Source: a bacterium
Lineage (GTDB): Bacteria; Hinthialibacterota; Hinthialibacteria; Hinthialibacterales; Hinthialibacteraceae
Assembly (NCBI GenBank): GCA_963663405.2
Contig: CAXXSM010000158.1
Coordinates: forward strand, 1-11,503
DNA length: 11,503 nucleotides
Direction of reading: 5' to 3'
Numbering within the stretch: the first letter of the stretch is position 1; each line of letters opens with the position of its first letter. This document shows, piece after piece, positions 1 through 7,187 of this stretch. The notes beneath the pieces are model-generated. The model worked only from the letters and a program-made list of their open reading frames with translations, had not been told where the DNA came from and searched no databases. Made by a program: the position numbers and the translations under genes.

Positions 1-1792
1 CAATCTCTGAAACATGTGCATCCGTTGGCAAATCCGTTGATTCTATGCAATAGACCAAAGGCCCTCTCTTAACAGCTGCTTGATTCCTCAGTTCTTCGAC
101 CAATGGATTTGCTTCGTACAATTTTACAGTCATTGGAAAGGTAATGTCAATCCGGTCACCTTCCGACCATGATTTTTGTATCTTGTAATACGTTCCCGGT
201 TTTATTTTGGAATTAACAGTATGATTATTAATTGATATTACAACATTTTCAGTCCAATGGGGAATACGCGCGAATAGGACAAAATTGGAATCTTCAATCG
301 TTTTTATCTCAATTTCGACTTTGCCTTTCCAGGGATAATCAGTATGCTGAGTCAATACGGCACGCGATCCATTCGGCAATCGCGTATCCAGTTTGTTGGA
401 ACCATATAGATTTATCCATATTCCTTCATCAGAGACACAGTATGCATATTGATTGATTTTAGCGATAGTGCGGACTACATTCGGTGGACAGCAGAACGAA
501 CTGATATACGATTGACGTTTGCCTGACCAGCGCAACTCAAAAGGCGGATTCGTGACAGTCCGTAGTGGATTCGTATAAAAAAACCGCTTCCCATCAATAC
601 TGATCCCTGAAAGTACTCCATTATATAACGCAAGTTCCAACGCGTCCGCATAACGTGCGTCTCCCGTAATTCTCAGCATCCGCCAATTCCACATTCCAAA
701 GCCAATCGTCGCGCACGTTTCGTTATACGCAGTGATATTGGGTAATTGATATGGGCGACCATACGCTTGATGGACAAGTTGTATCGCGCTGTGTTTTTTT
801 GAACCATCAGGAGAAGCGCCATCATAGAGCGCGCCTGTAGAACCGGTGATATACATTTTTCTTATATACACATCATTCCATATAGGATCCAAAGGAGTCC
901 ATAGCGTCGCATCGCCGGTCTCCATATATACATCCGCGGCACCGGCATAGAGATAATTCGCTCGTACCGCATGCCCCACAGCTGTTCGTTGCTCCCGGAA
1001 TGGAATTCGATCCTGATTCTGATCGGTTCCTCTGTCAGTCTTTGAACGTATATCGATTAAACCTTTCGCCAATTCTAAATAATCAGAGTTTTGCGTGACT
1101 CGATATAAATCGATCACTCCCATATAATGCGATGGACATATCGTGATACGCGCCAACTCTTCAGGTTTCTTCTCACAGACTTCACTTATGTAACTTGCCG
1201 CTTTTATCGCTACATCCAGCAAATTGGTTTTACCCGTAGCTTTGTAATGCGCCGATGCGGTTGTCAACAAATGACCAATATTATACGTTTCAAAATGCAG
1301 TTGATTTTGTATTTCGTTATGAGCGCATTTCCCTTTTCGTTCTTCAATAATGACGGGAGTATGGATATATCCATCATCACGTTGCGCTTGCGCAATGACA
1401 TGTATAATCTGGTCCATTATACGATCCAGATCTTGATCTAACGTCATCGCATAAGCGTAAGATGCCGCTTCCAACCACTTATAAAAATCTCCGTCATTAA
1501 ACTTTGGCCCATGATGTTCACCCTCTTGCAGTCCAGCCGCAACCAAAAAATTGGTATACGCGTGACTGATTGTTGGATTTTTAAATAAATCCCATAGATT
1601 GGGGATCATCGTTTGATGACACAATTCAAATCGATCCGCCCAAAATCCACTCGTCCATTGAACATCCTTAATGTTAGTTGAATTCAATTTTGCATAGGGA
1701 CTGATATGAATCCTTTGCGCTGTATCATCCAGACAAAATGTATTCATACAAAATAATATCGAAAACATACAGATGATGAGTATTTTCCACAT
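1..1792 (-). CDS. GH127 (DUF1680) glycoside hydrolase, probable aceric acid hydrolase (BT1003-like); 3' end truncated by the window edge
   Basis: Not in the ORF track; translated by hand from ATG at 1792, open for 597 codons to the window edge. It starts with a signal-peptide-like MWKILIICMFSILFCMNTFC. GH127 motifs: GFWADRF, FNDGDFYKWLEA, ICPSHYMG, GHAVRANYLYAG, KMYITG, HQAYGRPYQLPNITAYNETCA, FFYTNPL, SFCCPPN, TDYPWKG, RGPLVYCIE. Confidence 0.92.
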   Translation of the reverse strand, partial: MWKILIICMFSILFCMNTFCLDDTAQRIHISPYAKLNSTNIKDVQWTSGFWADRFELCHQTMIPNLWDLFKNPTISHAYTNFLVAAGLQEGEHHGPKFNDGDFYKWLEAASYAYAMTLDQDLDRIMDQIIHVIAQAQRDDGYIHTPVIIEERKGKCAHNEIQNQLHFETYNIGHLLTTASAHYKATGKTNLLDVAIKAASYISEVCEKKPEELARITICPSHYMGVIDLYRVTQNSDYLELAKGLIDIRSKTDRGTDQNQDRIPFREQRTAVGHAVRANYLYAGAADVYMETGDATLWTPLDPIWNDVYIRKMYITGSTGALYDGASPDGSKKHSAIQLVHQAYGRPYQLPNITAYNETCATIGFGMWNWRMLRITGDARYADALELALYNGVLSGISIDGKRFFYTNPLRTVTNPPFELRWSGKRQSYISSFCCPPNVVRTIAKINQYAYCVSDEGIWINLYGSNKLDTRLPNGSRAVLTQHTDYPWKGKVEIEIKTIEDSNFVLFARIPHWTENVVISINNHTVNSKIKPGTYYKIQKSWSEGDRIDITFPMTVKLYEANPLVEELRNQAAVKRGPLVYCIESTDLPTDAHVSEI

Positions 1793-1861
1793 ATTCTTAT
1801 TCCAAATGTTATTCAATAATTGATTATTACACCGCATTGCGTGAAATACATTAATTATATT

Positions 1862-3076
1862 TTAATGCAGAGTATTACTATTGTTTTTGGGATCCATATA
1901 ATCAACATATTGATTTGGATTCGTGCCATTCAACCATTCTTCAATATTCGTATATCCATCATTATCTTGATCACCCCTATTATCAGTTGGATCATCCATA
2001 TTCAATCCATATTTTTCTTCCCATTGATCCGGCATGCCGTCATAATCCCGATCATTTGGCGCTGGAATAGATACATACTCCGGCCATCCTCCGACTTCAT
2101 CAGGAGTGTTGATTATACCATTTCCAGAATCTATTTTACCAGCTCTCACCATCTGCATAATACGTTCATCTACAGGATCTCGTTTCGGAAGCGATGGGCC
2201 TGCATGTTTTAGCACGTCTTGATATGCTTCTTCCGCCTGTTGTGTATGTATAGGAGCGCATGGATTTGGATGCGCCGCTCGCACACGCGCAATAATCATT
2301 GCACGCTCATAATCGGTAAGATTCCTATCATAATCGAACTGTAAACCTTCCTGCCAATTGTTCTCTGTGATATCCGGGTATCCATACACGTAATTATCAG
2401 CGACATACCATTTACCCGGTTTATCCGATTCACTGTACATATCTAAATGCTGTGGACGGCAGATTCGGTATTGTATAGCGCCTTCATTAACAGCCGGACC
2501 TGGTTTGAAATAGTTCGCGACAATATTGACGTTTGAACTCGCGTCCGCGCCGTCTATGGTTCGATGTCTCCAATTGTAAAGAACATTATTTCGTATATCA
2601 ACACGCTCTCCCCATCCAATACTTGGATTCCGGCCCGTGTTGCAGGCGAAAAGGTTATGATGAAACGAACCGTTTCTACCTCCCCATGTTCCTCCAAAAG
2701 CGTGATTGTTTAGATTCAGCGCTTCACTGGATATACACCATTGAATGGTGATATTCTCCGCAGGAAGTTTTTTCTGACTTCCATCCGGCATTGTTTTCAT
2801 ATAGCGGTAGAACGATATATTTTCATCCAATCCCCATGATGTGGAACAATGGTCGATGATAATATTGCCAATGGGATAGCCACCCAACGCATCATTTCTG
2901 TCTTTTAAATTCCCACGGCGGAATCGGAGATAGCGAAGAATCACATCATGTGTATTGATTTCCGTTGTCTGCCCTTTGACGCAGACACCATCACCTGGAG
3001 CCGTTTGGGCGGCAATGGTAAGATATGGATTATCAATGCTGAGTTTACTTTCTAATGTGATAACACCGGATACACG
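1862..3076 (-). CDS. PL1 pectate lyase domain (PL1_2-like); C-terminal part of the frameshifted GH127/146-PL1 gene (ORF track gives 1862..2944)
   Basis: The frame is open upstream of the GTG at 2944 and reads RVSGVITLESKLSIDNPYLTIAAQTAPGDGVCVKGQTTEINTHDVILRYLRFRRG. It then has IIIDHCSTSWGLDE, NITIQWCISSE, HHNLFACNTGRNP, NNVLYNW and NYFKPGP, and ends in a DRDYDGMPDQWE...DQDNDGYTNIEEWLN Ca-binding tail. The N-terminal PL1 motif lies at the end of the upstream ORF. Confidence 0.9.
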   Translation of the reverse strand, partial: RVSGVITLESKLSIDNPYLTIAAQTAPGDGVCVKGQTTEINTHDVILRYLRFRRGNLKDRNDALGGYPIGNIIIDHCSTSWGLDENISFYRYMKTMPDGSQKKLPAENITIQWCISSEALNLNNHAFGGTWGGRNGSFHHNLFACNTGRNPSIGWGERVDIRNNVLYNWRHRTIDGADASSNVNIVANYFKPGPAVNEGAIQYRICRPQHLDMYSESDKPGKWYVADNYVYGYPDITENNWQEGLQFDYDRNLTDYERAMIIARVRAAHPNPCAPIHTQQAEEAYQDVLKHAGPSLPKRDPVDERIMQMVRAGKIDSGNGIINTPDEVGGWPEYVSIPAPNDRDYDGMPDQWEEKYGLNMDDPTDNRGDQDNDGYTNIEEWLNGTNPNQYVDYMDPKNNSNTLH

Positions 3077-5202
3077 AATATTACAATTCGAGGTACTTCG
3101 GCTGTTACAGCCGCACGTAAACTGCCAGGTCCACTATCATTCAAGTTTGTCACGAGTATGACAATTCCTCCACGCCCTCCGGCCGTAAAAGCGCCCGCTC
3201 CTTCCGCGCCGGGAAACGCAGGTATTTTCTTCTCTAAATTCGGTTTCTTTGATACACTGTTATTACATCGTTTCAACCAGACAGCATAAGAAAAAGATTT
3301 ATCATTACGTTCAAGTTTTTGTTTTTCGTTTTTATACCATTGTCCAATGTTTGCAAACGGCCATGCGTTTAGTTTCATGATTTGATTATTTTCCAATACA
3401 ACATTTACAGCGTACGCAGGGCCTAATGTATTTTCTTCTATCTTGATTTCTTGCAGTTTGTCTTCCGCAATAAACCAACGTACTTTTGTGGATAAATCTT
3501 TAGGCAGACCTTCCAATTTCATTTGATCGATTGAGTTCCATAATACCGTATCAATGGCATAAACCAATGGGCCACGCATTAAGGCCCATCGATCGTCATT
3601 TTGAACATGTAAGCGTTGTATCCATTGAATCTCCATTGGTAGCAATAATGATATCTGTGATCTACTTTCCCACACACGTTCAATTTTCATATAATGCCCT
3701 GGCTTCAATTTTTTCAATATTTCATCATTCACTTTGACCACAGGTTTCTTACACCAAGCGGGTAAGCGAATATATATCGGAAATTTTTCCGTTTTTTCTG
3801 TTTCTATGGAGATCTCAATTTCTTCTGTTTCTGGATAATTCGTTTTTTGTGATATCAATACGGTTGAACCTGAATCCAGCCGAATGGCAGCCTTGGATTC
3901 AATATACTGATTGATGTAAATACCATCTTTACCAGAGGCATAGATCAATTGAGGAATCTTTGTGGCAATCCGTGGCCCACTCGCCGTGCAGCAATCGGGC
4001 CCATGAAAATACACATCCGGTTTCATTCCATTGAGCGGCGTATGATAGCGAAACACTTCTCCATCCACGGTCTGCGCAGCGAATAGATGATTCCAAATCA
4101 ACCGCTCGATCGCGTCCGCATAGATCGAATCACCCGTTAATTCCAGGAGATAATGACTCAACTCGATCCATGACATCATTGCGCATGTTTCCACTTCACG
4201 GCCATCGATTGGAAGGTTATATCCCGTTTCATAGTGTTCGTCAAAACTGACACCGCCAGTGATATACATCTGCCGGTGCGAAATATCATGCCACGCGCCA
4301 CGCACTTTCAGTAATAGGGAATTATCACCGGTAATTTGATACAATCGTAACAATCCAATCAGATTCATATGCAGTGTATGGGAATGCACGTAACGCTGAA
4401 TCTCATTAATTCCAATTTCTCCCCGCGCAACTTTCGCAAGATTCGAAAACGTATTGTATCCTGACCACCGGTCAATATTATCAACACACCATTGCGCCCA
4501 TTGTAGATATCGATCGTCTCCCGATACTGTATACAGGCGCAGCATAGGATCGATCAACAAGGTTCCCTCCAAACAATAATGCACAGAATGCCCTGCGATC
4601 GTTTCCCCTTTCGGTCCCGGCCAAAATTCGGCTTTTCCCGGTCCAATTGTATCAACAAAATAATCACCAAGCCGTTTAGCCGTTTCAAGCGCTCGATTGT
4701 CTTGCCATACTTCATACGCAGTTAGCAAACCGTGCAGCATAAAATACAACTCGTAAGCGTCCATACCACGCAAAGGCATTTTTTGGGTTCGAACCGCTGG
4801 ATCCGTTACGCCAAGATATCCCCCCGGCTCCTGCGCGTTGATAAGCCGGTTCAATATACTTTTTGTCTTCTCCCGTAACGGATCATCGTTGAATGTTTCC
4901 GCGGCCAAGACCGCTGACTCAAGCCACTTGCCGGGTTGTTCTCCCACCCATTTCCATTCCCGGTGTTTCTTTTGTTCGACAAGTTTTACAAATGCGTCAA
5001 TATCAAAATGATGAAGATATTCATCCTTATTCACTGCAAGCCGTTTTCCAATAAATCCACCAATATTGGACACGGAATTCGGTGTTAAAGCCGTTTCGAT
5101 TCGTTCAATTTTGATTTGTGAAGAATTGGAATCAATAGCAGGATAAAAACAGAAAACAAAGACGATCAGCATCACTCGATATCGCGTACAAAATGTATAC
5201 AT
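3052..5202 (-). CDS. GH127/GH146-type beta-L-arabinofuranosidase-like domain followed in frame by the N-terminus of a PL1 pectate lyase (N-terminal part of the frameshifted fusion gene)
   Basis: SD-like GAGGA 7 nt before the ATG; hydrophobic N-terminus. Motifs WVGEQPGKWLE, MYITGG, DEHY..ETCA (E322, E338, C340), DCCTASG (C404/C405), TNYPE, IRLPAW, RGPLVY and YAVWL. These are followed by IPAFPGAEGAGAFTAGGRGG..VTNLNDSGPGSLRAAV, the typical start of PL1_2-like lyases. The last residues (VYPVLSH) are out of frame. Confidence 0.88.
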   Translation of the reverse strand: MYTFCTRYRVMLIVFVFCFYPAIDSNSSQIKIERIETALTPNSVSNIGGFIGKRLAVNKDEYLHHFDIDAFVKLVEQKKHREWKWVGEQPGKWLESAVLAAETFNDDPLREKTKSILNRLINAQEPGGYLGVTDPAVRTQKMPLRGMDAYELYFMLHGLLTAYEVWQDNRALETAKRLGDYFVDTIGPGKAEFWPGPKGETIAGHSVHYCLEGTLLIDPMLRLYTVSGDDRYLQWAQWCVDNIDRWSGYNTFSNLAKVARGEIGINEIQRYVHSHTLHMNLIGLLRLYQITGDNSLLLKVRGAWHDISHRQMYITGGVSFDEHYETGYNLPIDGREVETCAMMSWIELSHYLLELTGDSIYADAIERLIWNHLFAAQTVDGEVFRYHTPLNGMKPDVYFHGPDCCTASGPRIATKIPQLIYASGKDGIYINQYIESKAAIRLDSGSTVLISQKTNYPETEEIEISIETEKTEKFPIYIRLPAWCKKPVVKVNDEILKKLKPGHYMKIERVWESRSQISLLLPMEIQWIQRLHVQNDDRWALMRGPLVYAIDTVLWNSIDQMKLEGLPKDLSTKVRWFIAEDKLQEIKIEENTLGPAYAVNVVLENNQIMKLNAWPFANIGQWYKNEKQKLERNDKSFSYAVWLKRCNNSVSKKPNLEKKIPAFPGAEGAGAFTAGGRGGIVILVTNLNDSGPGSLRAAVTAEVPRIVIFVYPVLSH

Positions 5203-5238
5203 ATCGCTTCCTCAATCTTCTAATTCCACATATACACA

Positions 5239-6207
5239 TCAATTCTTATTCGTATATTCATTGCCTTGCTTTGGAGGCAACTTCATTCCCTCTCCAAAAT
5301 AATATCCAGTATGAGCGGGTTGATTATAACTTACATTCTGCCAAGCGATACTTAATCGATAAACCGAATCGCTCATCAGCGTTGGGAATCGATAGTTAGT
5401 AGGAATCGTGGTTGTAAAGATACGTAATTCACTTCCATCTCGAGTACGCCATATCACTTCTTCCCGCCAATCCCCCAAAATATCCGCCGCCAGACACGGA
5501 TTTGCCTTTGTTCCATTATTCGTCACACAATTGTACTGCCCTCCATTCAGCAATCGTTCCGTTTCACCCCGTTCATAATTCCATTTATCAATATACGCCC
5601 CGCTTCGCCAGCCTCCATCGAGAATTTCTCTCAAAAGATCACCATCCCACCAGATCCCCATATTACATGAGCGTGGTTTTGCGGATGAGATTTTCTGCCC
5701 TTGACAATTGTATAGTCCATCAGAATCATTCGTCCAGCATTCATACCCGCGGTGACGCGGATCGATATCCATAGCCAAACCTCTTCCAGGATCATTCAAC
5801 TGCAATCCCCAGATCACTGTTCCAGTCAATGCGTCCCGCAAATTGGCGCCATTGGGATGCTTTGGACGTTCGTGAATCCCAAAAATCTCTAATCCCGGCC
5901 GATCGGGATTGATGTCCGATACATGCAAAGCGTCCCCATGGCCCAATTCTGTTGTATAAAGTCCTTTTCCATTGTCATCGATTACACAGGCGCCATAGAT
6001 AATCTCATCCTTTCCATCATCATCAATATCCGCGACGGACACGCTATGATATCCTTGCCCCTGATAGTCCTTGTTTCCAGGGGTTCCATCATCGCTGTCA
6101 AACGTCCATAGATGAGTCAGTTTTCCATCTCGCCAGTTCCAAGCCGCTAACACCGTTCTCGTGTAATATCCACGGCACATGACTAAGCTGGGCCGCTTGC
6201 CATCCAA
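5239..6207 (-). CDS. yesW: PL11 rhamnogalacturonan lyase, C-terminal part of frameshifted gene
   Basis: YesW/YesX-family motifs: LDGKRPSLVMCRGYYTR, GQGYHSVSVADIDDDGKDEIIYG, GHGDALH, DIDPRHRG, IWWDGDLLRE, NNGTKANP, ADILGDWREE, YRLSIAWQNVSYNQP. Confidence 0.92.
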   Translation of the reverse strand: MDGKRPSLVMCRGYYTRTVLAAWNWRDGKLTHLWTFDSDDGTPGNKDYQGQGYHSVSVADIDDDGKDEIIYGACVIDDNGKGLYTTELGHGDALHVSDINPDRPGLEIFGIHERPKHPNGANLRDALTGTVIWGLQLNDPGRGLAMDIDPRHRGYECWTNDSDGLYNCQGQKISSAKPRSCNMGIWWDGDLLREILDGGWRSGAYIDKWNYERGETERLLNGGQYNCVTNNGTKANPCLAADILGDWREEVIWRTRDGSELRIFTTTIPTNYRFPTLMSDSVYRLSIAWQNVSYNQPAHTGYYFGEGMKLPPKQGNEYTNKN

Positions 6208-7135
6208 GTAAGCGGCGCACGCTAAAAAACCGGTCTACTCGATTTCCATAACCATCCCCCCAAACATCTTTAATTTGCTGTGACGTAGGATACAGCGTAT
6301 CCGGATGACGGGGAGGGATATAATTCGTTGTTACCATTGCTTTCCCCGTTAATCCATCAAACACAGTCAAATACTCTGGCCCTGCAAGAATATAGCCATC
6401 TTCATTGCGGTAATCCGCGCTCACGTCGCCAATAATATTGCCAACGCCATCTCTCGTTCCATCGGCGGTCTTGCAGGCGATTTCCGCCTTCCCATCTCCA
6501 TCGAGATCATAGACAATAAACTGGGTATAATGAGCGCCTTCCCTTATATTCTTACCTAAGTTAATTGTCCACAGTAATGTTCCATCCAATTTATAAGCTT
6601 GTAATATCGCTGGCCCTGTTATCCCTTTGTGCGCATTATCTCGCCCGCGTGAGGCTTGATGCAAAACAATTTCATAGGAACCATCACCATCCAGATCCCC
6701 CACCGAAGCGTCATTCGGTGTCGTTCCTTCAGGCGTTTGCAGTGGTATGGATAGATAAGGCCGCGCCGGAGCGTCGGCAACAAAAGTATAAGGCTTACTC
6801 GCATCTTGTTCTTCACCATTGATGATAGGTTTTACAAAATAGGAAAGAGAACGCGACCAATGTACATCCTTATCTTGAAAACACGTTCGATCGAAAATCG
6901 GTTTTTTATTAACTCGAACTGTTTTTCCATCAATCGTACGATAAAGGTTGAATCCAATCTCTTCTTGATCACAACCAAGCATGCGCCAGCTAACAAAGAT
7001 ATTTCCATTGCCTTGATTGACGGCGACAACACCCCGATCGAGAGATTCCATTTGCCGCTGCGCAGATGCATATGAAACTAAAAAAAACGAAATAAATAAA
7101 AGACATAATACTATGCTTTTTTTTGAATGATTCAT
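6098..7135 (-). CDS. yesW: PL11 rhamnogalacturonan lyase, N-terminal part of frameshifted gene (in frame until about 6224)
   Basis: Signal peptide ending ASA|QRQMESLDRGVVAV. Motifs FVSWRMLG, FNLYR, PNDASVGDLDGDGSYEI, INLGKNIREGAHYTQFIVYDLDGDGKAE, KTADGT, GPEYLTVFDG and WGDGYGNRVDRF. SD-like GGAAGGA 5 nt before the ATG. Confidence 0.92.
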   Translation of the reverse strand: MNHSKKSIVLCLLFISFFLVSYASAQRQMESLDRGVVAVNQGNGNIFVSWRMLGCDQEEIGFNLYRTIDGKTVRVNKKPIFDRTCFQDKDVHWSRSLSYFVKPIINGEEQDASKPYTFVADAPARPYLSIPLQTPEGTTPNDASVGDLDGDGSYEIVLHQASRGRDNAHKGITGPAILQAYKLDGTLLWTINLGKNIREGAHYTQFIVYDLDGDGKAEIACKTADGTRDGVGNIIGDVSADYRNEDGYILAGPEYLTVFDGLTGKAMVTTNYIPPRHPDTLYPTSQQIKDVWGDGYGNRVDRFFSVRRLLGWQAAQLSHVPWILHENGVSGLELARWKTDSSMDV

Positions 7136-7187
7136 TAGAATCCTTCCATACGATTGAATTGGATTGCATCTAATGTGACAACAACAA

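Noticed and set aside
1793-1861. Possible terminator between the PL1 end and the GH127 start (CGCA-T-TGCG)
   Set aside because: The stem is only 4 bp with no viable loop or U-tract; no convincing terminator was seen in any intergenic gap.
1820-2212. Ile-rich, membrane-protein-looking 130-aa plus-strand ORF
   Set aside because: The Ile codons (ATC/ATT/ATA) are the reverse complements of the Asp/Asn/Tyr codons in the PL1 Ca-binding tail.
4189-4239. Catalytic residue numbers E322/E338/C340 identical to HypBA1 numbering
   Set aside because: Coincidence of numbering: this protein includes a signal peptide and its Cys pair is at 404/405 rather than 417/418.
1920-6710. Recurrent DxDxDG motifs as a possible DNA repeat family or dockerin
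   Set aside because: These are the normal Ca-binding loops of the PL11 beta-propeller and the PL1_2-type C-terminus, with no nucleotide-level repeat array.
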